From Yuukianura sp. NJ FZ-2021 (taxonomy: Eukaryota): a stretch of 64,000 nucleotides of DNA. Shown piece after piece: positions 25,370 to 40,100 of this stretch. Numbering within the stretch: the first letter of the stretch is position 1; each line of letters opens with the position of its first letter. A model generated the notes under the pieces. The model was not told where the DNA came from, made no database searches, and worked only from the letters and a program-made list of their open reading frames with translations. Both the position numbers and the translations under genes were made by a program. The stretch lies in NCBI GenBank assembly GCA_046563655.1, contig CM102283.1, positions 8,246,001 to 8,310,000 of the forward strand. Direction: 5' to 3'.

Positions 25370-28300
25370 TTAAGGTTTGTATGAATTCATGTCATACGAT
25401 GCAATTTCAATTGGATTTTCCAGTTTTTTGAAGGTCCACAGTTGATTTTTAGTTTGTAAAAGTAAAAGGTCATCCCATGAAGTGCAATTAAACATAAAAT
25501 GTTACTTCCGCTTTTCAGTTGAAATGGAAAATGACTTGCTAAGATGCCAATCTTTTCCTAACGACTGTTTTTATTGTTTACCAATTAGGAAAGAAGAACT
25601 TTAAATGTTGGAATTTTGGATTCTGAAGATGATTCATTACCTTGAATCTTTTTTTTCGTTTTCCGTGAGTAAGTATGATGGGTCTTAATTGGACAGTCCG
25701 AAGAAGACGTGAAACGACGATTAATTGTTTAGGATGATTGTATTTGCAACATGAAATTACTAAATAGGCCTGGGAAGTAGGAAGTTGCAAAAACAAGTGC
25801 AATTTTTCGTCTTTTCAAATCTTAATTATCACAAGTGCCAACTTTATACTAATGGAAAGATGAAGGTGTCATTCCGAAAGTACCGGAAAACGTTTTGAAT
25901 CTAAACGTTTTTTCTTAGCAGGAACGTTTTCAAATTATTCCAAATCCAAGAATTATTAATTGCAAAAGGTCAAAGGTCACCAAACTGTTTGCAATTCATA
26001 CAAACTTGAAACCGTTAATGGCAAAGTTCATAATTGTTGTTATTTTTCACAATTTTTTAAAAATTGTTGGCATTGTGTTGAAAAGTGACACCCGGAAGCT
26101 AATTTGCACAAATTCTTGATGGTAAAAATTAAAAAATGCAAAATAATTGAGACAATTATGGAATGCGGTTTATGACTTTATACGAAGCAGGGGGTTAAGC
26201 ACGCAAGGCAAACAGCACAAGCAAATGGCCATGAAAATATTTGAATTTGAGCATTTCTTGGCGCCAACATCCGGCGGACACTGTTATTTTTTCAAAATTT
26301 TGAATTTCATAGTATTTTTCCTGTCAAGATGAAAAGTGAGTGATAAAGTATGCTGTAGGAAGAAGTATGACTTTTGGAATATTTGCAGAATAAGAACTGG
26401 AAAGGTGCAATAACTACTTCGTATTTGCAATAAAACTGAAAACAAGTTTCTTGTTCCTCGGTATCTTAAAATCATAATTATTCTCACCAAATTCCATGTT
26501 TTTTGAATTCCTTATCAAATGAATTTGAGATGAGATTGATCATCTTCACAGGAAATCTGTTGGAATTTATGTTATAGTCTTTGGTATCCCCTTGGGATCT
26601 TAAAAACAGCATAAACTTTAGTATAAAAAACTGAAATTTAAGATGGGGAGCATCATCCCCTTGCCAAGGTCACTTCTCGACCTTCTCTTCAATTTTTTTT
26701 AAACAACTTCAGCATAAAGGGAGCATCTTTCCATTGTTTTTCTCCATTGTTATTATCTTGAATCATAAAAAAACTTAAGATTTTTTCTACACAACATGCT
26801 GCAACCGATGATCATTGATAGTTACTCGACAGGGGCTATAAAATACAAAAATTTTAGTCCAGAAAAATTTACAACAAAAAAGTTTTTTAGATCAGTTTTT
26901 TTGGTTTTGCAAAAAAGAAAAGCCTGTGGGCGACGGCAGGAGAAAATTGCGAGAATGTGAAAAATTTTGTGTGGCGCTAAACCGCAACCAATTTCGGTTT
27001 TAATCAATTTCTTTATACTGTTGTAACAAAAATAAATTGCTTTAATGATGTAAGTTGCAATTTTTTTTTAGAAATCGTAATTTATTTTGAACAAAAAATG
27101 CAATAGGAAGGACAAAGATGCAAAATATCTTTTTTATTTGTTGTTTTTTTTTGTGGTCCAAGAATAATAATTTTGGTAACGCACCAGTACACTCCCTTTT
27201 GCTGCTAATGTTTACTACTTGTCATGAAATACTAAAATAAACGTTTAAGGAATATTAATTTTTACAAAAAATACAAATCTCAATGCCAAATTGTCAATTT
27301 TTATTGGGCTTCCGCATTATCATTTCCACAGAAGTATTAATGCTGTTGACGCATTAAAAATTTAAATTGACGCCACCGTGAGGATTTCGGATGGATTTGG
27401 AAACCGCTTTGAGTATTAATTTCACTTTTAAATTTTTCAAAAATTTTCCAATTTTTTTGATACTATAATTCCAGTTTATAATACTTTTGTGACAGAATAT
27501 GCCGACATTTAGGAATTAAGCGATTTAAGTCATGCGAATTAGACTTTTGGGGCACGTTGAGACAATTTATGGATCCTTCACTAGCTTTTGGAATTAGACT
27601 TCAATTTAACTACGATTTGCATCACAATTCATAAAACTAAAAGGTTTTAACCTCTCATGCTATGCTTTGTTCTTAATTTTTTGTTATTACTAAGCAACGC
27701 AATCCCATTGTTTTCAGATCTTTGCCAAAAACGGATTCTAACATTTGAAATTGGAGGGATGCCGGGAGTTTCCAGACGTCTGCGCTGTTCGTTTTTCCCA
27801 GAAAAATGACCGTGAATTGAGCAGTGACTCATGAGCAAAACACATTGCATGACCAGAAGTCGCCAACATATCTTAATGACGAGTCACACATAATTCTTAG
27901 GTAAGCTCAACAAAGGTTCCAGTGTCGGGTACAAAAATCAAATAACCGAAGGTAGCATGTTTTCGTTTTTGAAATTTTTCAAAAAATTCAGGTACTTTTT
28001 ATAATTTTGCAGAAATCTTGAAATATTTTATCACACACAGCGCCTAATAATTGTGAAAGTTAAGAGAAATTCCACTGTAAACTTTTTTGACTTTTTTGAA
28101 TTTCGACGTTACTTTGTCCGCTCCTTTTTTTTTGCGAATTTGCGAAAAATGTCAACACATAAAGACGGGTCGTGACAGGTGACAAACCTGTCATTCAGAC
28201 TTGGTCGGATGTCACTCTCCCTGTTCATGCTAAAACTTATGAACAAGTCAACGCCCCGAACTTTTGCAAAACTTGCAAATATTTTTGACCAACAATTTCA

Positions 28301-29145
28301 TTGATTTGCTAATCAGTTGTTTTGTACATAAAACGCCTTTATTTGCACAAACTTTTGCACGGAACTTCCTCCTCTGCCACACGTACCAATTAAACAGTTT
28401 TCCAAAATGCCAATTTAAAACCGTTTTTCGGAAAATTGTATAGACCTTGACTGACAAGCGGGAGAAGTGACCGAGGTTGAAATTAAAGTTGCTGAAAGCA
28501 AACCTAACCTTAAGACGACCAACGTAGTTACTCCCTCCACGGTATACTTTAACAAAATTACTTGATTCAGAGGAGCGTTGGCCAATTTTGTACAAAAAAA
28601 CGAATTTTAATAATCATAGTAATTAAACAACAAGAAAAAAAGCTGAAAGTGTCAGATGCCAATCAGACAAAAGAATCTTGATCCCTGCTTTAAGTTTGGC
28701 AAGATGATGCAAAAGTTTGTATTTCAACCCTGATGATGCACTTTGTGTGCAGCAGAAGTTGTAAACTCTGTGCGCTTTGCCAAAAATGCATTTTTGAGCT
28801 TCGTTTTTCTTTGATTGTTGCATTACTTGCACTTTTGATGTGAATTTTCGAAGTTTTTGCCCACAATTATCCCAAGTTTTAAAGAAAGTTTTTGCTGGGA
28901 TGAAAAATTTCCTGAATAGTTTAAAGCTGACGATTTTTTGTATGTCTTTGATTTATTTTGCAGGACATTTATCAAGTAGCACTCATTCCATTGTTACCAA
29001 GGTCATTGACCTTTTTTGCACAAAAATTCTCGCATGTTGTACAATTACATGGCTGTCAAAACTTATAGGTCTTTGGTCTTAGCATTTTTGCATTCCAAGG
29101 TCATTATCCAGGTAGTCCAGGTCGTCTCTGAAGCGTCTCAAAATT

Positions 29146-29310
29146 TTCCGCATTTCCTACATCTTCTGGTTTTCTTCAAAATTTTCTGCAATCCCTTGAA
29201 AATCTTTGATTTTCTTCAAAATTTTCTGCATGCCTTGTAGAATCTTTGATTTTCTACAAAAGTTCTGCATTTCCTGTAAAATCTTTGATTTTCTTCAACA
29301 TTTTCTGATT
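29146..29310. repeat. Minisatellite, about 4 diverged copies of a 39-40 bp unit
   Basis: Recurring AATCTTTGATTTTCT...AAAATTTTCTGCA. Confidence 0.75.
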
Positions 29311-30560
29311 TTCGGCCAAAAATTTCTGATTTTTTTTTTGTAAAAAGAGTTTTGATTGGTCGGTTTGAGTCAAGCGAACAAGAAATACTTAATCAATTGT
29401 CAAAACTTTCTCCAGCATCGGCAGCAGCATAACATCACCTTCCAGTGCTCCATCATTTCTCACTTAACGTGTTCGACGTTTTGGAAATTCATGTTTGCAT
29501 GTGCTGACGCTTCCAAAAATATTTCATGCTCTCATGACCTTTCCGCTTCTACCGGCTCAAAGTTTCCAAGAATTTTGAAAATTTCAAAAAAGAAGAGAGA
29601 AAGTGAAAATTTTTCTATTCTTCTTTCCTCATTCAAAATTCTACACAATGGTTCTATTATCCCCAACTTTTTAACTGGTTCTGGTTAAATTTAAGTGAGT
29701 TTACGTCGGTACTTGATTCATATCGACAAAAAATTCTAAAAGATCATGTTTCGAAATTTTTATTTGTATTTTTTTGGTGTTTTGAGCATTTTTTTTTCTG
29801 TTTTGGTATCAAGACTTGGTCCGTGTCTGATACGAAGGCTGTAATGTGAGAGGCATATGGTTCCAATTCCCATCCATCGAAAAACTTTGTAGTTACTCCC
29901 GCCAGGCCGATCTCAAAATGCTTCAACCATCGTAGCCTTTCCTTTCGTTTTTGTGAAATTTGCACGAACATGTTGCGATGAGTTTGGAAGGTTTTGGTCT
30001 CAGTTCTGAGAAGGCATTGGACGAAGCAGGATGTTTGATCGAAGTCCTTCCTAAACCATCTTTGTGGGAACTCAAAGTGTATTGTTCCCCCTCATCTTAT
30101 CTCAAACTGACTCGACCAGTTCGAAACAACTTTTAAAAAAAAGTAAACTAGTTGAAAACAGTGACTGAAGACACTAAAAAGTAAGTTTTGTGCTCATTTT
30201 TCATTGGTTTGGATTAAGGCCAAAGGTCGCACTCATCAATCATTGCAGAACGATGGTGTTACGCTGTACAAGTCTTTCCAGAAAAAGTGTTTTGAGACAG
30301 AAGAAAGACTACAATTCTCATCGCCAACCGTGTGCTGCCAGTGGTAGATGATATTTGAACTTCATGGTTGACCTAACCAATTTAGGCTGTCCAATTAACA
30401 CTTAGATTTTCAGAAGTTGCTAAAAAGAGGAAAGGTCAACGACCTTTGACCCCCAAATACTTCTGACTCCAGGAAGCGCGTGGATGCAGAAAAAGACGCT
30501 CGTGGTTCTGGAAGGCACCTTCTGGAAGTTACAGTTATTACAAAAGTTAAGGTAACAAAA

Positions 30561-31010
30561 ATTTTCAGATTTCAGAGTTTGAGAAACTTTCAGGTTTCAG
30601 ATTTTGAGAAATTTTCGGATTTCAGAGTTTGAGAAATTTCCAGATTTCAGATTGTGAAAAATTTTCTGATCTTTAGGTTTTGAGAGTTTTTAAATTTTAA
30701 AACATATTGAGATTTCAGACTATAGTTGTCAAATATGGAGGTGATTAGGGATGTCGGATTTTGCGGGTTTCAGAATTTAACAATTTTGGGATTTTATTTG
30801 GATTTCACTATTTTCGGATTTTCAAGCTGTCAGAATTTGAGTAGTTTTCAGTATTTCAGATGCTGTGGGATTTCGGATTTTAGATTTACGAGTTGTCAGA
30901 ATTTAAAATTTTTTTGGGTTTGGAGAATACAAGCTGAAGATTTTAGTTTTTCAGATTTTGAAATATTTTGAGACCTCAAGATTTTGGGACATTTTGAGAT
31001 TTAGACTGTG
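30561..31010. repeat. Degenerate tandem repeat (unit about 28-30 bp, TTTTCAGATTTCAGAGTTTGAGAAA-like)
   Basis: Clear copies at 30561-30690 that decay toward 31010. Confidence 0.65.
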
Positions 31011-34004
31011 GGAATTATTCATGAATCGGCAGCCAAGTGCTTCGGAGCGTGTCAAATGTGTTTGCCAAAAGGTGCCGAGGCGCCGTCACTTTCTAAACAC
31101 GCAATTTTATGTTTTTCGCAGCTTTTTCTCCAAACGCGTAAACTTTAACACGCTAAAGTTGACATTTTCTAAATTTAACTTTCCGTTTTCCTGCATGATC
31201 TTCTAAAGTTTTGTTTTCAATAGGCATGCAGATATGCATTAACTTTTTGTCTCTAATTATTTTTTGTTTCAATTAATTCGAAGTTAACACCGGCTTAAAT
31301 GCTAATTAAGGATTTGAGATCATATTTTAATTAACTAGGTTTACAAAGCAGACTTTTACGAAACAAGGGATTTAAGTGATGCTTAGGAAACTTTTTTATG
31401 GTGTGAGATTTCACACCTCGCCTTTGGCTTAAAATGGACAATGCACCACAAAAAGCACATGACGTCTATTTATTGTATGATTAGATAAAGTTTATGCTTA
31501 CTAAACGTATGATATGAAACGGAGAGTCATAGATTACCAAACTATTTTTAAATCAAACTTATTTGCACCGATTCAAAAAAATTTTGAAAAAAAAAAATTA
31601 AGGTTTCAAGTTGCAAAGTACAAAGAAAAAGTTTTCTTTTAATAAAATTATCACAGTTTGGGTGAAAGCAGAGAAAATTATGTTTAAATTTTTTTTTGAA
31701 AAAAAAAAGCCATTTATCATTTTTCGCTTCGTTCAAATCACGAAGCGATGCTTAACCAAAAATGGTAATTTTAGGCCAAAGTTCACGACATCAAGGTTTG
31801 GGCTTCTTTGTTTTAAAAAAAATGCAGTGAAAGCAGACTTTTTACTGTTTTCATTTTTTTGAAACTTTAGTATTCGAAGTTTCACTTTTGATTGGCACTT
31901 TTGCTTAGCCTTTTATGGTGGTTTACAAAAGTTGACTTTTTCTATTTTTTGTAAAGTTTTCTTTTTGAAAAGCATGTGCATTCAAAGAGGTTGACGTTGA
32001 TCTCAAAGTATGAAAAGCAGAATGGAGGATGTTGCAAATGCCACTTTGGTTTGTGTGATCTGTGATTGTGTGTTCTTTGTTCCATTGGAGCCTGGAGCAC
32101 TTTGAATCATCTTCCTTGAAGAATAAATTGACTTCAAAAACCGTTAAGAGAGACACTGTGTGAGGATTTGAATTTGAGACACTACGATAGTAAAGTAGCT
32201 TAACAACAAATTCTCACATGAAAAGTGGTCATGTGTATTTTTTCTATTGTAAAAATGAGTTGATTGAATAACTGGTTCTCTGTGACCATTCAACCCTTGG
32301 CTTAAGGCACAAATCAGGATTCAGTTATGGCCTCTTAAGGCCAAAAAACGATTCTAATACATAGTAGTCTGTACGCTCAGACGCACTCAAACGCAAATTT
32401 TCTTCAAGAAACTTAAGTTTTCTGAAACTGAACTTTTCCAAATCGATATTTTAGCCCAGAAGCCACGTTTTAAATTTTCCCGCTGCCAGTATTAGGAGAA
32501 AAACAGAAATGTTTTTCTGTGTTTTCAGGTCACATGTTAAAGATGGTTTGTGACCAAATTTGAAATGATAAATTTTGATGATCATTTTGCAAGGTTTTAC
32601 ACGTGGAAGAAGAGTTATATTGCGTGTTTGCAGTTAAACTTTCAATTTTTTTTTCATTGACTTGCTAATTTTTGGCACAATTTGCGTTTTATTTCAGAGT
32701 TTCATAATTTCCTAAAAAATTTGTCTAAAAAAATATACACTTTTTGGAGGTGCAATTGCAATTATCTTTTAAACCAGTAGCATCTCCATTTACAATTAGC
32801 ACAAAGTGTTGAAACATTTCAAAATAAGTGATGAATGAGTGGAATGAATGAACATGAAAAAACGAAACAAGTAACAACAAATGACAATTACAGTTTTTGT
32901 GCTAATTTTTCTTCTTTTTTGAGTGAATGAAGAAATATCCCATGCAGAAAATTGTCATGCAGAGCAAAAGACAAATTAGCCTCAATCGAGAATAACGCAA
33001 TGGTTTAACTTAAAGTGCCTAGCGTAATCTAAATTAAAAACAAACATTCGTTTTAACAGGCGTTTTAACATAGGTTTTAACACTAACATTTTTTTCAACT
33101 TGAAATTATGTATTCAGGAGTTAAAAGAAGATTTAACCACCCACACCTTGTCACAAAATTGACTTTCCGTTTTGTCAAACGTTCATTTCTGGCTATATAG
33201 TTAAAGTTAGTTAAGTTATTCAGACGATTTGTCACACTTTGGATGACTTGAGAGACTTAACCTCTCCCGACCGTTGAATAATTTTAATTCGGAACACCGG
33301 CAATGACATATTCCTGTGAAAGTCATGACCCCAACTGCATAACCGATGTCGACAAGAAGTTGTCACAAAGTGTTGTCACATTGTTTCCGTAATTGTATGT
33401 TACAACTTGTACAACTAGGCAACGACGCTGACAACTTCTTGTCATGGACGGTTCACAAGCAATAACCGATGTTGACAAGTTTATGTCATCGACGGATGTT
33501 TAAGATTGCTCCACCGCCATCTTTGGGGACTTTATCGAGTTTTTAATTTTTGGCCGCGTCTTTCGGCCATTTTGTTTGTTTAAATTCCGAATTAAATTTT
33601 TTTGGATGGTGCTAAACCCTTCCAAATGAGATGTCCTGGAATTTGGCGAATTTGACGCAAGCGCCACGTATTGGAAACTGCCTGAATATACGCATTTGAC
33701 AAGATGATGTCATTACCGGAATGGAGTTGGAGGGGTTAAAGTATCCTCCCAGGCACTTTTATGGTGGACCAAATTCATCTTTTGGACTTAGGCGAAAGAT
33801 TTTGTATTTTTTAATGTTATTTCCTTTACGGCATAACTATAACATAGTAAATTATTTGGACGATGAACATCCTAAGGCTTATTTCATCCCTTGTATGTCT
33901 CAACTGTGCTTTGGATTTTGATTAAAGTCAACCTGTTATTTAATAAAGGCCTGCTCTGAATGGATTCTGTACAGTCATTGTTGGAGATTTCTATTTAAGG
34001 GTAC

Positions 34005-34188
34005 GGGGTACTTATAAACAATCAACCGCCGCGGTATCGAATGCTTACAACAATCAAATCCCAGGATATAGGGTATTTACAGCAGTTATACGCTAGGATT
34101 TAGGGTATTTATAAGATTCAAATGCCAGGAAATAGGGTACTTGTAAGAATCAAACGCCAGGAAATAGGGTACTTTCAACAATCAAATA
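34005..34188. repeat. Minisatellite, about 5 copies of a 32-bp unit
   Basis: AGGGTACTTGTAAGAATCAAACGCCAGGAAAT-like units in tandem. Confidence 0.8.
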
Positions 34189-37100
34189 TCTTTTTGTTCT
34201 AAAAAATTTAAGGGTAGGTTGGGAATTAGAGAGCGACTTTTAAGGGCCCACTTTTTTTGAATTTTTTAAAAATGAAAGTTGATGTGAAGGAGAAATGGCT
34301 TGAGGACATGAATGTCAAGGGCACCGAGTAAACTTCCTCTCAAAATCGTGTTTTTGAAGGAAGTGGCCTGAAGGGGGCCCTTGGAAAAGGGCATGTCTTG
34401 CATGATTCAATGTTATGTAACATATACTTACCGTTCAAAACCACATGTACATAGGATCTTATACATTTTTTACGAAATGAATGATGCTGTCCCTATGAGG
34501 CACACGATTGCATTTTTTCTGAGTCATTCCACTTTAGTAATTGTTGATCTTCATCATATACTCAAACATCCTGGTAGAAGACGCAAACCAGAAGATGATG
34601 TAATAGTGCAAGCGTGAAAAATGAACCTGATCTTCCACGAAATTTCCATACAAGTTCCAGTATTTTCATTCACTACGAAAAAAAAGCAACTTAAAAATCT
34701 ACAATCTGAAAAACTCTAAATGCGCCGTTTTGAGACAAGTCAAAGGATTAGTCAAACTAATTTTTTTCTCATTTTAATTCATGTTGTTCCAAAAAACTTG
34801 TTTCAAATTAGCTTAATTGTGATTCAAGGTCACAATCTAATAGTACAAGACTAGAAAAGCCTAAATACTGTGGTAGCATCAGAAAAGTCTAAAATACTGG
34901 ACTAGAAAAGTACTAGAATTAGGCTACAAAAGTACTATGGTGGTCTAAATTGACTAAAACTTGGAACTAATCATTCTTGAGGTTTAGTCGTGACATGGAT
35001 TTGTGTGGAACTTTGATTAACTCTGTGAGTTTCTTTTTCGTTTTGTGTTTTGTTTTTGCCAATACTTGAAGTGGCCACAACCTTGTAGAAACTCAACCCT
35101 CCCGTTTTCTGTTTGCGTTTGTGACTAAAAGAGGGGAAGTGGAGCAAGAGGTATTGATCCGAATTCGGATTAAAGTGACTAAAAGGTGAGTTCTGGCGAT
35201 ATGCGGAGCTTTCTCGGGTAGTAGAAAGCGTGCTTTTTACTTTTATAGACTTTCTAGAAGGTAGTGGATGATGGAAGTCCATATTATTCCCTTGGAACTT
35301 CAAAAAACTTACCAAACCGACACATTTTTTTTGAAAGAGGGATTTCTGGAGAGAAAAACAGGCAGGTTGAGCTTTTTTTTTGTGGTGGGATCCATTTGTG
35401 GAAGGTGTTTCTTTTGATCCTGGAGAAAGTTAGTGAAAGTGATGAGAGTGCTTTGTTGGTAAGAAAAGACAATGGGGTTAAGACAATGGGCTGAGACAAA
35501 TGCATTAACATGTCTTCCAGGATTTCCAGTAAGATCCTGGAAGACACTGGAAGTATCCAAGTAATCGAGAGCTTCTTCGTTTGTTGGGATTAATTAGTTT
35601 CAATGTCTCTCCACTTTCAGCCTTTCTTTTCAACAAAAAAGCGGGGAACTTGAGCTGCTTGAAAGTTCCCGCGTGTCCGCTACTTTTCCATTTTCTAAAC
35701 TGAAAAATAGATGGATGGTTCTTTTGTAAAGCAAAAAAGGAGATGAATGGCTCCTTGAAATCGAAAGCGAGAAAGTGAGATTTTCCTTTTCAAAAGATTT
35801 CTTTAGAATTTCAAAACGACACATTTTCTAGAATTTCAAACACAAAGAGTTTCTACAATTCCAAAACATCACCATTTTCTAGAATTCTGAAATAGAACAT
35901 TTCCTAGAATTTCAAAACCCAAGAGTTTCTAAAATTTCAATTTCTGGAACTTCAAAATTTGAATTTTCTAGAAATTTTGAAAAACGTCACCCCTTTCGGA
36001 GAGTGTTTGCGAATTTCTTGATTTTTGAAAAGTACGACGAAATTTAATTAAATTGGACTCACTTTCTGGAGTTTCAAAATCTTGAAAACTTAGAATTCGT
36101 TTTCTTTAAATATTCAAAATTAGTTCGAAATTCAATTTTCTTAGAAAGTTTTCAAAAACAAAGTTGTTTTTATTAGAGTTGAAGGACTTTGAGACGTTTA
36201 TGGGTAGGGGTGGGGCCCTTGAGTCCCACTTTTGCAAAACACAGCACAGGGATACTTGCGAACCTTAGGCTTTTATGTTAGCTAAAATTGGCCCATCCAG
36301 AACTTTTTTCTGTTTTTTGAGTTAACATGGCCGTGGAGCATGTAATGGTTAATTCCATAAGGACTTTCTTCTGAAACTGCCAAAAGTCATGAGAAAAGTG
36401 GTGGTAAATGGCTGAGGTTTTGAGTTTGTGGCTGTTTCATGTTTGCTTTTAAAATGAAAACGTCTGGAAGTGACTGGAGGATTCTGCTGGAAGTTCTGGA
36501 AGGAGTGTTTTCAGTTGAGACATGGACAGGTTAGGTTCAAGGGTGGGTGAGGGACGCACTTAATGTTGAGTGTCAAGGAACAGTAGACAGTGACAGTGAC
36601 ATGGGGGAGTACTCATGGACTAAATGACAATGTCACTCTTTTTCCTGTTTTACACAAAAAGTTTTTAAGTGCTCTGGAGTTTGTTTAAAGTTCGGACTCT
36701 CAAGTCCCTCTGCTGTCAAATTCAAACAAAATTTTGTTTGGTCAGGACAATCCTTACAGGAGAACTTGTCCAAAAAAGAAGTGTGACTTTCAAAATGGGT
36801 CGTGACTTCCGGAGTAACTTTGAAATGGACATTTGAGAAAAAAATTCTTAGCTTTTTGTCAACTTCTTGCAAAAAGCATCTCTGGACTTCAATTGGCGAT
36901 TTTTCAGCTTTCAATTTTGCAAAAATTCCACTTTTGAAATTCGAAAAACTCAAAGCTGTCAATTTTTAGGACAAAAACCACAAATTCAATTGGGCTTTTT
37001 ACCTAATGAGAAAAATTGAACTGAATTTTCTTAATTTCTCATTTCTTCTAATTAAACTGATGTAAAGCACAAAGCACTTTAGATCAAAAACTTCTTCTTT

Positions 37101-40100
37101 TTTCGGAAGGTTGAGAAACATTGATTTTTTTTATAACATTACTTTTCGTGATGTAAGTTTAACATGAAATGTGTTTTGAAATGTTGATCTGGTTGGACAG
37201 TGCTTGGTTGATGATTGTAAAGTGAAAGTTTTGGATAGTAGATGATCACATTGTGATAGGTTTAATTTAGAGTGATACTGTGCACATGGGTGAGTAGTAT
37301 GAAATGATCTGTCATCTGATATTGATTGCCATGTGTCCTAAGGAAATTGAGAAGTCTCGAAAAATCATGTAGCTTTGTAGTTGGCGTTGCATTTATGAAA
37401 CCATAACGCAACCAAACCACCGTCTATTCAAAACATCTCGCCCTCATAAATCGTTTCAAGCTTATTTTGAAATTTCGAGCCGAAGGAAATTTGATCCATT
37501 TTTTTAAATGTCAATGAACACACATATCACCCAGTTTAAATTGAGATACAAGATTGTAACATGAAGTTGAAAAAGTTGTTTTGTTAAGCAAAGTTTTCAC
37601 TTGCTCGTCGCGTGACACTTTTCACTTTTTTAACCAAATTCTGTAAATGTTTCACTAGTTTCTTGCATCAGTTGGTTTGCTTTTTTTAAAATCTTTTGCA
37701 CTTTGAGGCGGTTTTCCAATTCAAAATTTTAAATTTGGAGATTAGTGGAATTTTGAATTTTGTTACAACGTGTGAACTTCTAAAGAAGGTGGTCGAGGCT
37801 TTTAAGACGTCCATTCAATATTTATGAGAAGCTTTTGAAAATATATACGTCTTCTGCTCTTGCTTCCTCAAGAAAGTTGAGCAACTTTGAATCACAAAGT
37901 TTTAAAAGTGAAAGTGTACCGTTAAAGTTTCAAAAACTTTTGCAAAAATGTTCTACAGAGAAATTGTTTTTCAAAGGCGAAAAAATGTCACAGCTAAAAG
38001 TTAGTATAGTGAGAAGCAAAATACAGCAGCAGAGTATACTACAACTTGTAATGCGTTTTTGAAAGTTGAATTTTGTATCTTAAGTTGTGGTTATGTTTCT
38101 AATTTTAGAAAAAAAAAATTCTGTAGAGTTCGTTTTTGGTTTCATTGTGATAAAAACGTGTCTTAAGTGGCTGCTCACTTTTAAAACTACACTCAATTCT
38201 AATTCAAATTGAACGTCTAAAACTCTAGAAAAATTTGGAATCATTTTATGTAATCTAGGAATGTTTTGTATTTTTGTCTCATTTTCAACTGAAATGGGCA
38301 TTTAGCTTTGCTGTTGTTTGTTTACGCTCTGTGTGAACAACAGAACCAATTTTCTAAAAGTTGAATTTACAACGGAGTTCTAAAATCTGAAAACTTTATA
38401 CTTTTTGCACTATTTTGAAAATTTATTCCTACTGAAAAGCACACTGGTGGAGAAAGTGAAGATATTAGACTTTATGAGACTTTCACGAAATTTCTTCCTT
38501 TTGCAGATTCCTCACCACACGCAGAATGTTGCTGGAGCAATATTGTCTCTGTCTCTCCGTTCACGGCTCCCTCATGTTCATATTTTCATAAAGTACTAAA
38601 AAAAGTACTATAAACTGTATAAATTTTGTGTAGTAGGGCGTATAAGAAGCCAGAGGGAGGTATTCTAGACAGAATCAAATGAAAGTGTCACATCGTTCCG
38701 CCTGACACTGGAAACCTAAATCATGTTATTACAAATTCACAAGTCAAATCTGTCACCTTCACCTGACTTTCACACGCAAATGCAACATGTTCAAAAATTT
38801 CACTGAAAAAAAAATTTTTAGTAAAAAAGTCCAAGCTGCTGAAAAAAAAAGTTTTCTTTTGTAGCAGCTCTTCCATATTTTACAATCTTCAAAGTAAAAC
38901 AAAAAGAAGAGAAAGTTTAGTCTACAGTTTTTGTTTATTTTTGTAAACCAAAATTCCTGACCTTCACTTTTTCCTTTTTTGTTTACTTTTCCAAGGTTTT
39001 CTTAAATTTTGAAACAAAAGTTGCTCACTTTCAGTTTAGTTTTAAGTAAGAATGCGGTTGATGACACGAACGAGCTATCCTGTAATGAAACTGATCCTTG
39101 CAGACGTGTTTTGAAAGCATAGTTTCAAATTTCTGCCTAAGTATAAAGTTACCTTATGTTTTCTAGTCCTTGTATCTTTTGATCTAAATTAAGGAAGATG
39201 GCGGCAGAATGAATGATGAAGATTCGTATCAGGCATGCTAGGCTCATTAACTTCCAAAAACCTACGTTCCCCCATAGTATACGTTTCAGGTTAGGTTCCA
39301 ACACTAAAGTTAGGCTATGTTGTACATTTTCCTACACTAAAGTTATAAGTTCCCGCCTTTGGGGAAGAGTGAAAGCGTCATTTGAGGTGAACTAATCTAC
39401 AGGACACGAAAGTACTTTAGCAGATGAGTTTCAGCCAAACTGCACTCAGACTCCCATGTATTAAGACACGCCGCTTTTTCATGGTCTCCAAAAACTCTTT
39501 TCAGGAAAAAAGAGTTAGTTTTTTAGAATTCCATTTTCAAAGTTTGTCCAAGTGGGAACAGCAGCAGCCAAAGGTTCTAATTAGACAAATTGAGGTGGGA
39601 AGCGCCAAAATTCAAAAAAGAGAGAGCAAGAGACTTTCACTCCTCGAGACGCTCCAAGTCCAAGGTGGTTTAGTTCACTAAAGTAAAGTGCATGAGATTT
39701 GTCCTTGTCACTTTCCTCTTCCCCTAACTTTTTTCTAATTAGTTACAAAAGCCAAGGAGAAAATTTTAGTCTAACCTAAAACCTAACCTTTGGAACTAAA
39801 AGTTAGGCTAACAAAGTGAGCGTCAGGAGCAAATGGTGCGTTAGAGTCACTGTTTTCCAGAAAGGAAAGCTGGAGCAAGTGATTCATCGTGCCAAATAAC
39901 AAAGTTAACTGGAGAAAGTAGGTGAGGAAAGACATTCGTTAGGTTAAATCCAGACCTTTCGTTTTTATGAACATCTCCAGCAGTGTTAAGGTTAGAAAGA
40001 GGAAGTTATAAAAGGTGTTGGGCCACTTACGGAAAAGTAAACTTGGATAGTTCTAGTTCTTTTGTTAGCCTAACACCTAACCTTACACTCTAACATAAGT

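Noticed and set aside
34005-34188. CRISPR-like array
   Set aside because: Head-to-tail minisatellite without unique spacers, no cas genes, eukaryotic genome.
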